A stretch of DNA of 64,000 nucleotides from IMG/VR virus record IMGVR_UViG_3300027798_000038, positions 5,157 through 69,156 of that record; one strand, written 5' to 3'. Both the position numbers and the translations under genes were made by a program. The DNA comes from a virus. Positions 50,201 to 58,553 of this stretch are shown piece by piece; positions within the stretch are counted from its first letter, which is position 1, and the number at the start of each line of letters is the position of its first letter. The notes beneath the pieces are model-generated. The model was not told the origin of the DNA. It saw nothing but the letters and a program-made list of their open reading frames with translations, and did not search any database.

Positions 50201-53200
50201 CTAGTATCAACATTGTTATTAACGGCTCCAAATAATGTAAAATCAGTTGGGTTACTTGTAGTTCCTGTACTAATAATCTTATATCGGTTACCTATAACTA
50301 TTTCGTTTACAATTTTTGGAACTGTAGTTTGATATGTTGGCGAACCTACAACAATTGTGTTTGATGATGAGTCAACACTGGCTCCAAAAGATTCCTGAGC
50401 CTGTAACTCGGCCTGTAATTTTTCCGATAACAAATATTGAGAGCCTACTCGTTCAAAAGAATATACCTGTCCGGCATAGCCCGATACCTCTAAAAATGAT
50501 GTGGTACTGCTGTCAAAAGTTGTACCGTCGGCAAAATTTGCATATCGTTTATATGGTGCATTTTTTGCTCCTACCACGATTCGTTCACCGCCGCCGCTGA
50601 TACTTACACTTGACCCAAATAACATATTGTTATATTCTTCAAAGCTTTCTAATTTTTGTTTTAATCTCCAATCAGGAGTTGTTAAACTAACAGTATTAAA
50701 ATAATAAACAGAACCTTGATTTTGTAAATTAATGTCAGCCATTGGGCTGCTTACTACAATATTTTTTCCAGAGTCGTCAATGTCAACGGCATATCCAAAT
50801 TTGTCTCCAACAAATAGCTGTTCAATAAATCCAGTATCGTTAATGGCATCTAATGACTGTGCTGTAAATGTTTGCTTTAATTGGTAGACCTGTGTACTGT
50901 CTCTTTGATAGACATAGACTTTTCCTGTGGATGCAAAAATACTATCGCCCACTGACACCCAAGGGTCGCCGTTTGTTGGACGTTGATTTACGCTTCTGTA
51001 AATAAGGCTAGAATCATACGAGGTATTATCTGTCCAGTTTCTTGGATCAATTAATTTGTAGTATCCTGTGGAAATATCATTTTCAATAAATTTAATAACG
51101 TCGCCTACATTATATTCTTGATATCGGCTCCATTCGCCCTTGTAATTTTCATAATAGGCGCCATCACTATCTGGTGCGCCTACAACTAATATCGATCCGT
51201 CTTTACTCATAACTATACTAGAACCAAACTGATCTCCCTGTTTAGTTAGTTCTGCTTGTTGTGTAGGCGATAACAATCCTAGTCCTAATGTCGAGCCGTC
51301 GTCAACAAGTGCAATATTTGTTGGCAATGAACTTTGTGTTGATACTGAATCGATTTGTTTCCATTCAGCGGCAACGCCAATGTCTGTGCTTTCTATTGCA
51401 ATTGTACTATCGCTGGCGCTGTCTTCGTTTATATCAACTTGAGCTTGCCACAATCTGTCATCCCACCATACAATTGATCCTGCATGATATCTTGCACCGG
51501 ATTCATAAATTCCTTGATAATTAGAATTTTCATGATGCACCCATTCTGTACCGTTAAACTTGTATAGATATACTCGACCCCTATTGTTTAAAGCACCTGG
51601 AGCAGATACTGCCATCCAATATTCGATGCCATCAAATCCAACAGTTGTTTTGCTGCCAAAGTTTTCGCCTTCTGCTGGACGTGGGCTTAAAATATTTTTA
51701 AACAATTGCCAATTGTTGTTAGTCCACTTGTAAACACTGACCATTCCTTGATTACTTGGGCCGATGCCTCTAGCAAATGAATCGCCTAATGTGTGAGATG
51801 TTGCTGGTTCCCAATCTTTAGATCCTAGATCAATTCCAGCATTGCTACTTCCGTCAGGTCTAATATTTTCTAATGCTTTCCATAATTTTCCGTGCTGTAA
51901 AACAATGTCATCTTTATTATAGGAGGCAGTTTTATCAAAGTCTCCCATAAAATAACTTACGGCTTGTGACATCTTTGGAATACCGATCACTAACCAGGTG
52001 TTGTCTGCACTAGTTGATAGAGACGAGCCAAATGAGTCTCCAATTAAAGGTAACAAATCAGTTTCAGGCACTATTATTTGTTTAATTTGTAGAGATTCGC
52101 CTTCAAGGTACGTTGTTACCAACGAACTTTGTGGCATACTCATGATTGTTTGTTTTAAAACATCAGCATGTAATACTGCTGTTCCCGCGCCAAGTGGATT
52201 TGAAGTTCCGTAATTATCAATTTGATTATAATCAAATATTTTGTTTTTTTCTAACACCTGCCATCCGGTATTACCAACATCATCTACCCATAATTTAGAA
52301 CCCGTAGCTAGTGAAGCAACTGCTGATGAAGATAATGTTTCTTTATTAGAAATCCGAGCATCGGTAAATCCATAAATTCCAATTGTAGTACTTTGATCTA
52401 CTTCTGGGTCTGGGGCACTAGCGTTTACTGTTACAAATATTGTTTTTTCAGTTACCTGGGTAATTTTAAAAAATCCAGTAAGATTTGGAATATTTTGAAT
52501 TCCAATGATATCACCTACTGATAAATTATGTAACCTGTTAAAAAATATTTCAACAGAGCTGATAGTTTTTGTTGCATTAAGAATTGCCAGCAGAGGCTTT
52601 TTATTCAATCGTAATACAGTCCACAAATATCCGTCAAATGTAATCCAGAAATGATCGTTTTCTTTTATTTCATCAATATTGATATTTAAAATTGAATCTC
52701 TGTCTTTTAAAATATATTCTACCTGATCTAATTTTACATAGCCGGCAGTTTGTAATTCCTCAAAATCTATCTTGGGGAGCATATTAATATCAAAAGGAAT
52801 TGCAGACTTTGTAAACTTCGAAGGAGGAATTCGTAGATATTGATCTGTCAAATCTGTACTAGGTTCAGTGTTAACAAATAAAATTGGTTGCGGATTTATT
52901 TCTAAATCGTTTTTATCCAACATAAATTCAATTTCTTTAAGTTGATCGACTCCGCCAAATGTTCCAACATTAAATGCCCATTCTTCATTTAATACAATAC
53001 TATCTTCTGTAGTTTTACTTAATTTGTCAAAGACTTTAACGGCAGCATTTATTGTTCCTTTATCTCTGATAAAACCTTGATAAAGTTGAAACTGAGTTAC
53101 ATTGTCTTCCGCAAGGCCTTGCAAATATTCACGTGTTTGATAACCTACCGAATGGCGTCCTAAGTCTCGTTGGCTTGATTCTAATCCGTCGGAATCTAGA

Positions 53201-56200
53201 TCGTAATAATCTGAAAATTGATTAATTCTATAATCAAAGTTTGGTACCAACGCCTTCGACGGCGAAGAATCTAGAACTGACCATTTAGAATTATCAAAAT
53301 ATTCAACACCTTGTTGATTTGTTTGGCTAGCCCAACTATATGCTTTGTACGCAACAATATCGCCTAGCTTGTAATCAACATATGGTTGCCAAGGTTGAAT
53401 GTTTACGTTATCATAAAGAAAGCCAGGACTAGTATAATCTCCATCCCAGTCAACAGTTCTAAATCCTCGCGACTTAATACGCTCTTGACGATAACCTGTT
53501 GTTTTATCATATACAACATCATTGAATACAGTTCGATCTGAAAAGATTGCAACGTGTTCTTTTAACACTAAGAATCCTTTAAAGAAATAGATACCATCGT
53601 TAGTATTAGTTGTTTCGATCGAAACTGTTTGGTAGTCTCGCTTGATGTTAAGGAAGTTTGGAGTTAATGGAGTACCATCTCCTCTATATATCTGGTAGTC
53701 GTAAAAACTATCAAGGATGTTGTCAGGTACGCCTATATTAAACGATATTTCTAATTTTTCGCCTGCTGGACTCAGTGTAATTAAAGAACCCAGTGCCCAG
53801 TTATGACTGGTCCAGTACATAAATTCTTTTGCACCAGTAGTCCAGTTTTGTGTTACTTTATTGTCACTATCGTATCTATCAAATGTAAATCCTTTGGATA
53901 ACAAATATTTTTCGTATCCAAATATAAAATCAACTACCAATTGAATTGTTGGTAATATTGTTCCGTAATTTAATTTGGATACCGAGTTGGTGTTAAATGT
54001 TCTGCGGCTCAGTGCTTCTACTGCATTCTTGTTAGGAAGCGATGGTAATTTTTTCCAGAATGTTAAAGAGAATACATCAGTTGATGTATGGCTACTTAGA
54101 CTTCTATAAAACTCGTTTTTGTATTGAGCAATAATTCCGTTTCCGTAAAACTGGTTTGCAGACCATGTTACAAATTCTTCGCTAATCCCGCCAACAGAGA
54201 TTAGTCCGTCAGTTTGGCTTGTTACTGGGTCATAGTAATAAAAGAAAGGTTCAAGACTATCATATCCTCGAATTTTAAAACCCCTAGCAGTCTTTTCAAT
54301 GATCACACCACTATACACAATTGTTTCAATCGGCGCACTAACATTAAAGAAAATTTCTTGATTTTCTGCAGGAATAAAAATACTGCTTGATGTTGATTTA
54401 GGATTCTTACTATCTAGGATAAATTTTTGTTGTGTTTGATCAACAAATCCAGACATTCGATATGTTAACGCCACGTCAATAGATTCTAACTGTTTAGTTA
54501 ATATGTCTGTTGATAGATTTTGACTCTTGATGTAGTCAACAACATAAGATACTAGTCCAGACGTTGACGATCCACCGGCAGACGATGCTAACAAATCTTC
54601 AACTTTAATAAACAAATCAGTATCAGTATGCACTGTTTGACCTAATTTGTTAGTTTTAATTTTTGATCTATCAAAACTTTGCCCTATAAAATCTAAAGGT
54701 CTTAATAAGCATAATGCTATGACTTGTGCAAAAGGAAACTCACTGCTGATGTACCATGTATTTTCAACTGGTCCTTGATCTCCTAATTTAAAATCTCCTT
54801 GATTATTGATTAAAGAAAAATTTTGTGCTAGGTTCGAATCGAGCGGGCTTAACAACTTGCCGTCTGCATCAACGGGAATATGCGTTATTAAACTTGGGCG
54901 TTGATATCTATAAGAGGTTCCTGCTCTAGGACCTTGTCTAATAATACCATTTGATAAATCTTCCCATAAAATTAAATTATTAGAAGTATACGGCGCTGGT
55001 CCGTATTCGACATCCCACCATGTTGGTTTTTCGCCAAATCCTAACATCTCCCAAGGACAGGTGTGTGGGCGATCGGTATCGTAAAACCACTTGTAAATTC
55101 CGCGCCACCATCCAGGAAGATTTTGCAAACCAGTTGGGTCGGCCATTTTAGAATAGGTGTATGTGAATGAATTTTCTGGATCAAAATAATCATTAGCAAC
55201 ATAATCAATATTAGTATCCGATATCCACTTTAAAAATTCTTGATTAATAATATTTGTAAGCTGTTCTCTTCTTCCAAATATTCCAGTATTATAATACCCG
55301 CCAAGAATTCTATCATTATCGTGCAGTTCTTCGTCGTATATAACTTTGATATTATTGTAGATTCGTAATTCTAATTCTAAAATAGCATCATCTCTGTAGT
55401 CGCCAAATGCAGAAATTATACTACCATCGTGGCCTTGAATAACTTCTTTAGGGTCTACGTAAGTATCATCAACAAATTTTCTAGGCAAATATTTTTTGTA
55501 TAATCCAAGTTTTGTTGGAGTTTGTGGAATATGATTAAACGCAGTGGATGTATATTCTCTAATTTCTAAAAGATCGCCTTCTACAAAATTAACTTTTACA
55601 TCAACAAAAGAAAATGTTGAATTGAATTCATAATCTTTAGTATTGATCAGTTGGTTGTCATTAAGATAAACATAGACCGCTTTATTACTTAAAGTGTTAA
55701 GATCAAATTGTTTCGATAATGAAAATATTTTTATTCCAACATCTTCAACAGTATAGTAGATAGCATTAAATGCTCCGCTACCGATCATATCTGAATCGGC
55801 AAACGGATTATTATTATTTTTAGCTTTGGTAATTTCTATAATTGCTTCGTCAACAAACGTTGCAATATTGCTTGTATAATTTAAATTTGAAATTGTGTTT
55901 AAAAATTTATTTTTAAAATCTGAATAAGACTTCTTAGCATATCTAATCGATTTAATAAGGTTGATTTTCTTATCAACTAAAAGCATTGTTGCAACTGGAC
56001 TTAGATTTTCATGTTTTAAAAATCGTTTAGAATGTGCTTGATATCCAGATATGTCTCTAAGATTACTAGATGCTCCTAGAACACTTCCAGAGAAATCTTC
56101 AAAAAATTCTAGTCCAGTGGTTACATGATCTGCTGCTTGCCCAAATGTAAAAGATTCTAATTTTTGATTTAACGGATTTTTTTCTAAGCCAAGTGGTATT

Positions 56201-58551
56201 TCGTAATAACCAGTATCCGGTACTTGGTTACAAAATACTTTAACAACTAGCACGTCATTGACTGCAAAAGTTGTACTGAAAATAAATTTGTTTACTATCC
56301 GTGTATATGTTGATAATAACTTTTCGCCGTTAAGATAAAAAAAGATTTTATCAGTTGGTGTTAATAAATCCCAATTTACCGTTGTAAGTTCAATCGACGA
56401 TGTTGCTGCATTGATTTTTTGATAGTCAAGGATCGGCTGCAAATAAGTTGGGCTAGTTGCAATCCATCCGTTATCATATTCTTCTACTATATTGAATTTG
56501 TAAAATCCAGTTGCTAATTTAATCGTTGGGCTTGTTTGATCTGACTTGTAAGAAAATTCATCAATGTCCCAATCATTTGTGAATATTATATCGCCTACGT
56601 TGTCAATGTTTAGGTGACTTATTGCAAACCCTAAATGTTTATCAGCAACTCCTGACAGATTAACTTTATAACTAATTAATTTTGTTCCAACAAATGTTGT
56701 CACAGGATATGTATCGGTATCAGAAAAACTGATTCCATTTTTATCAAATACATCAAACAACGGTGCTTGGTTAACTTGTGTTTTCTTTTGACTTTCGTTC
56801 CACACTGTGCCATCGAAATAATACATGGCCCCACGATTAACAGTGCCCCTTCGTATTAGTACAGTTTCGCCAGATAAAGAAATACTGTCATCGACTGTTT
56901 TCAATGTTATTTGTTTTTGGCCCTGGAAGGTAATAAACTTAACTTCATAAATTTGATTGTTGGCTAATATATCAGTGTCAGTAATTACTAACACTCTGGC
57001 GCCATCGAATAAATCTTCGCCGTCAATGTTGTATCCGGTGCTACCTTCAATCTTGGAAAATATATCTGTGGTGAACGTATCAATATAATCGACAGTTTTT
57101 TTGGCATAACTGCCGTGTTGATATAATTTTAAATTAGGAAGGAATTCTATAATAGGACGCTTTGCTCTAGATGTTTCGGTTGATTCAAATGTTGAGCCGG
57201 ATATAGAGTAAGCATATTCTAAAACACTTCTGTGGAACCATCTGTTATAGCGACTCCATGGATTTGCATCTTGACTGCTTTTTGCAATAGTAAGATAATC
57301 CAAAGCTCCAGGATACGAACTAGCATCGTCAAACGGTAACGAGTCAAATCCTTCGTTATCAAATAAAACATCGGGAACAGTTTTATTTAAAATAGGAATA
57401 ACCAAAGCATCAAATTCAGTTAATGTAATGCCTGTGCCTACACCTTCAACTAACCAATCGCCCTTAGCATATTTTGTTGGTAATACTGTTCCGCCAAACG
57501 ATACAATAAGACCGTTAGTTAATGCTATTCCGTTTCCGCTAGTGTAGTCAATTTTACCTACGATATCTTTTTCAATATCAAGTTTAGTGTTTGAAATAAT
57601 ATCTTCAATTATAAAGCGGCCGAACCGGTTGGGGTCTGTTCTGCTTTGGTAATAAAGAACATCCGGAGCATCGTATGGGATTTCAAAAGTTACTGTTCCA
57701 ACTTCGATGCCGTTGTTGGTAACACCATTATTATAATCCAATGCTGTTGGACTGTTTGAGGATTCTAGGAATTCCCAATCTTGATTATTAAGATCAATTG
57801 TGCTGCCGTCGCCGGGACTAATTGGAGATTTTGCTCGCCATAGACCACCATCAAATACCACCACCGAGCCGGCCGGATAGGCAAAATCAGGATCATATAG
57901 CATTGATCCGGTATCATATGATGTTCTAATTGTAAGACCGTTACCCGGAGCATTAACAACAAATTTATATTTTTGTCCTCTATAAAGAGTAATTGTTGGG
58001 TTATTTGTATAACCGTCTGGGAAGAAAATAAACGAGCTCTGCTCAGATAGTTTTACTCTGTATGAGCTTGTTATTGTAGAATTTAATCCGTATACTCGAA
58101 TAGATGGAGGACCACTCGGAACCCAGTAATATTCACGATAGTTAATGAACTTGTCCCAGTCAATTGGGGGATTCCAAGAATAGTGTTTTTGATGCGTAAC
58201 TAGATCATCGCGTTCGTCAAGGTTACCAAAGAAATTTAAAATATTTTTTAAATCTAAATAGTCATAAAAGTTTGTAGTTTTACCGTTGGTCTTTGTGATT
58301 ACACCTGGTTCTAATTGATAGCGACTTCTTAATGTATTGTCAGTATCTAAATAAACATCAGTACCATTAAATGTTTTTCCATATCTACGACCAACGTATC
58401 CAACAGTCTTTTCTAAGACGCCAGGTTGAATTAACGGATCAAAAATTCCATTTAAAAATTTATCATTAGTGTCAGTTTGAAAAACTTGTGGGAGAAAATC
58501 AACCGTTCTTCTTATCGGAAGCTGACTTTTAGGAAATACTTTGTTTGCCAT
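44206..58551 (-). CDS. Giant (4781 aa) baseplate wedge-like structural protein
   Basis: Follows the gp6-like gene (the T4 gp7 position); contains GSGY-type beta repeats, FG-GAP-like repeats and CBM5/12-like motifs. Confidence 0.7.
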   Translation of the reverse strand: MANKVFPKSQLPIRRTVDFLPQVFQTDTNDKFLNGIFDPLIQPGVLEKTVGYVGRRYGKTFNGTDVYLDTDNTLRSRYQLEPGVITKTNGKTTNFYDYLDLKNILNFFGNLDERDDLVTHQKHYSWNPPIDWDKFINYREYYWVPSGPPSIRVYGLNSTITSSYRVKLSEQSSFIFFPDGYTNNPTITLYRGQKYKFVVNAPGNGLTIRTSYDTGSMLYDPDFAYPAGSVVVFDGGLWRAKSPISPGDGSTIDLNNQDWEFLESSNSPTALDYNNGVTNNGIEVGTVTFEIPYDAPDVLYYQSRTDPNRFGRFIIEDIISNTKLDIEKDIVGKIDYTSGNGIALTNGLIVSFGGTVLPTKYAKGDWLVEGVGTGITLTEFDALVIPILNKTVPDVLFDNEGFDSLPFDDASSYPGALDYLTIAKSSQDANPWSRYNRWFHRSVLEYAYSISGSTFESTETSRAKRPIIEFLPNLKLYQHGSYAKKTVDYIDTFTTDIFSKIEGSTGYNIDGEDLFDGARVLVITDTDILANNQIYEVKFITFQGQKQITLKTVDDSISLSGETVLIRRGTVNRGAMYYFDGTVWNESQKKTQVNQAPLFDVFDKNGISFSDTDTYPVTTFVGTKLISYKVNLSGVADKHLGFAISHLNIDNVGDIIFTNDWDIDEFSYKSDQTSPTIKLATGFYKFNIVEEYDNGWIATSPTYLQPILDYQKINAATSSIELTTVNWDLLTPTDKIFFYLNGEKLLSTYTRIVNKFIFSTTFAVNDVLVVKVFCNQVPDTGYYEIPLGLEKNPLNQKLESFTFGQAADHVTTGLEFFEDFSGSVLGASSNLRDISGYQAHSKRFLKHENLSPVATMLLVDKKINLIKSIRYAKKSYSDFKNKFLNTISNLNYTSNIATFVDEAIIEITKAKNNNNPFADSDMIGSGAFNAIYYTVEDVGIKIFSLSKQFDLNTLSNKAVYVYLNDNQLINTKDYEFNSTFSFVDVKVNFVEGDLLEIREYTSTAFNHIPQTPTKLGLYKKYLPRKFVDDTYVDPKEVIQGHDGSIISAFGDYRDDAILELELRIYNNIKVIYDEELHDNDRILGGYYNTGIFGRREQLTNIINQEFLKWISDTNIDYVANDYFDPENSFTYTYSKMADPTGLQNLPGWWRGIYKWFYDTDRPHTCPWEMLGFGEKPTWWDVEYGPAPYTSNNLILWEDLSNGIIRQGPRAGTSYRYQRPSLITHIPVDADGKLLSPLDSNLAQNFSLINNQGDFKLGDQGPVENTWYISSEFPFAQVIALCLLRPLDFIGQSFDRSKIKTNKLGQTVHTDTDLFIKVEDLLASSAGGSSTSGLVSYVVDYIKSQNLSTDILTKQLESIDVALTYRMSGFVDQTQQKFILDSKNPKSTSSSIFIPAENQEIFFNVSAPIETIVYSGVIIEKTARGFKIRGYDSLEPFFYYYDPVTSQTDGLISVGGISEEFVTWSANQFYGNGIIAQYKNEFYRSLSSHTSTDVFSLTFWKKLPSLPNKNAVEALSRRTFNTNSVSKLNYGTILPTIQLVVDFIFGYEKYLLSKGFTFDRYDSDNKVTQNWTTGAKEFMYWTSHNWALGSLITLSPAGEKLEISFNIGVPDNILDSFYDYQIYRGDGTPLTPNFLNIKRDYQTVSIETTNTNDGIYFFKGFLVLKEHVAIFSDRTVFNDVVYDKTTGYRQERIKSRGFRTVDWDGDYTSPGFLYDNVNIQPWQPYVDYKLGDIVAYKAYSWASQTNQQGVEYFDNSKWSVLDSSPSKALVPNFDYRINQFSDYYDLDSDGLESSQRDLGRHSVGYQTREYLQGLAEDNVTQFQLYQGFIRDKGTINAAVKVFDKLSKTTEDSIVLNEEWAFNVGTFGGVDQLKEIEFMLDKNDLEINPQPILFVNTEPSTDLTDQYLRIPPSKFTKSAIPFDINMLPKIDFEELQTAGYVKLDQVEYILKDRDSILNINIDEIKENDHFWITFDGYLWTVLRLNKKPLLAILNATKTISSVEIFFNRLHNLSVGDIIGIQNIPNLTGFFKITQVTEKTIFVTVNASAPDPEVDQSTTIGIYGFTDARISNKETLSSSAVASLATGSKLWVDDVGNTGWQVLEKNKIFDYNQIDNYGTSNPLGAGTAVLHADVLKQTIMSMPQSSLVTTYLEGESLQIKQIIVPETDLLPLIGDSFGSSLSTSADNTWLVIGIPKMSQAVSYFMGDFDKTASYNKDDIVLQHGKLWKALENIRPDGSSNAGIDLGSKDWEPATSHTLGDSFARGIGPSNQGMVSVYKWTNNNWQLFKNILSPRPAEGENFGSKTTVGFDGIEYWMAVSAPGALNNRGRVYLYKFNGTEWVHHENSNYQGIYESGARYHAGSIVWWDDRLWQAQVDINEDSASDSTIAIESTDIGVAAEWKQIDSVSTQSSLPTNIALVDDGSTLGLGLLSPTQQAELTKQGDQFGSSIVMSKDGSILVVGAPDSDGAYYENYKGEWSRYQEYNVGDVIKFIENDISTGYYKLIDPRNWTDNTSYDSSLIYRSVNQRPTNGDPWVSVGDSIFASTGKVYVYQRDSTQVYQLKQTFTAQSLDAINDTGFIEQLFVGDKFGYAVDIDDSGKNIVVSSPMADINLQNQGSVYYFNTVSLTTPDWRLKQKLESFEEYNNMLFGSSVSISGGGERIVVGAKNAPYKRYANFADGTTFDSSTTSFLEVSGYAGQVYSFERVGSQYLLSEKLQAELQAQESFGASVDSSSNTIVVGSPTYQTTVPKIVNEIVIGNRYKIISTGTTSNPTDFTLFGAVNNNVDTSFVATANGITAAGNFILGKTYTINTTGSTSFVLAGAQDNEPGTVFVASSIGTGTGTAVQGTGTASTVNLIGIVRTFSKLPGKNSLTIIAQQQQLIDYSKIKNISLIDNIKNVKLADVDVVDHAKLKILGIAEQELKFKTPYDPAIYTTGTDSQIVSPDSSWFEANVGKLWWNLSTAKWLTYEQGEFAYRVGNWNQLAPGASIDVYEWVESILLPSEWSALADTIDGLSNGISGQPLYPNNDVYSVKEIYNPITQQLTETKYYYWVRSSSVVPENIPGRNISAAAVAALISNPSSIGVPVIAIVDSDKLLAYNFNGYLPSGSGLLNIELFVNETTTNPIHREYILLSEGVADSLPNDVLETKWIDSLVGFDQAGNPVPDSKLSEREKYGLSFRPRQSMFKNKTKILKIVVDNINTILLQSPFADTLSFRNLNLTDSLPSEKLNEYDYEVDNLTDLAQYPITRVRQAVLTANIINGEIDSIDIEDGGFGYKNAPYITIDGSGVGAQASVTLDSQGRVTSVNIITRGRRYDNALVKIRNYSVLVKSDSSINGFWAIYSWDQQRKVFYRRKSQGYNTPSYWYYVDWWSTGYTENSRIIYEIASIYLEPTLTTAIGDLIKINEYGNGGWAVLEKVTAGTGTILGDYILVGRNNGTIALKDSLYNTSTASIGYDNVGFYDIDLYDLYPTAELRNILSAVKNDLFIDNLRVEWNKLFFTSIHYTFSEQETINWAFKTSFINAMHNVGSLEQKVNYKNDNLPAFQSYLEEIKPYRTSIREYTSRYNFIEPSNTTAIDFDLPPAYSTRDGKILPVGQGYNLFDQYPWKFWADNQGFSITKIEVSESGANYSAPPTVLIEGNGIGAKAKAYIASGKVSGIVVTEPGSGYTLTPKVTLVGGNGSSLEIAKAVAILGDSKARMFNLLLKFDRISKDGIFQNFTHEQTFTATSATASFDLEYAPTRDKSKIQIYKNSQLVLNSEYSLHFYRSTVDSYSLLKGRLILTTPSVVGDIINIVYDKNEELLDGVNRVQKYYYPTSGMIGNDLGQLMTGIDFGGVQVQGTTFEITGGWDALPWFTDSWDSIDATSDYYVVIDGSSSLFDIELPYVPSVGQRISIYLKRDGKTDRLDDPYYDLYDGSTTQANGLTVRPTTSIMPSFTGDGSTFAVPMRQYIILQGGDTLIFRPFTSDGSIVINDPNLVDTNLIGGNFESNTTNVKTAPNTIDGIYSIARGKTPEEIVIDGDTFISPEQTPATEENVPGQVLDSLSIKVFQTTISGAAPMQNTVIPGDGTTRRFPIGLTVIEETSVLVYVDKLKYRYYGVNDDSTLDYYIDFVSNEIVFYSAPTLGAVVEIIAIGRGGASLIDYQEFIADGDTSLFLTQADYNLTQSVFVTVNGRQVDTGFTNSTVVSEETGADIIPEKTIIKFAINPEKNQVIKIVALNTALNADSSNQSIIQVNNQSFIYNGSATFALDRFVDLSRSSAATSMIVTLNNKKLQGPDTYYVIYDGTNNAIPIGVDPLAVITAVDIKVYINNILQPFVTAYIYTGTSKIVTVNPTFLTLQDIIKVEVILGAQYSIEANNNLVIDSTVALTVGDKLDVTWFSEYPTFNIVSDSATGGKVLYRLSRKVLDDNYVWVYVNGERLIRGIEFYVKSNQNAVYLTVPTTTNDIVELLQFGNQIYKDPRAFEIFKDMLNVTHYSRYSIGEVTLAVELRYYDTTITVNDGSLVDAPIPLRNISGTVIINNERIEYLTKTGNVLGQLRRGSLGTGIGQVYPVGTAVSNAGPSDIIAYSDNQEKANFYSPGAKLFVHDDSTTFELPTTEEFGNGDKFNLIVTVNNVKIPEADFELIPDVNASQGGFIKIIGNTGAALQTNDVIGVTSLIIGPLEYIPVKADREFTVRGDISIDFGMSDQLEIFAGGRRLRKDSLQVFDETQGPLGTTVLDPEFSVDGIMPYIRLTQPVAAGTRILIIRKVGRIWYDRAETTASTGITLLNNDNPIAKFIDQKPTELPE

Positions 58552-58553
58552 AA

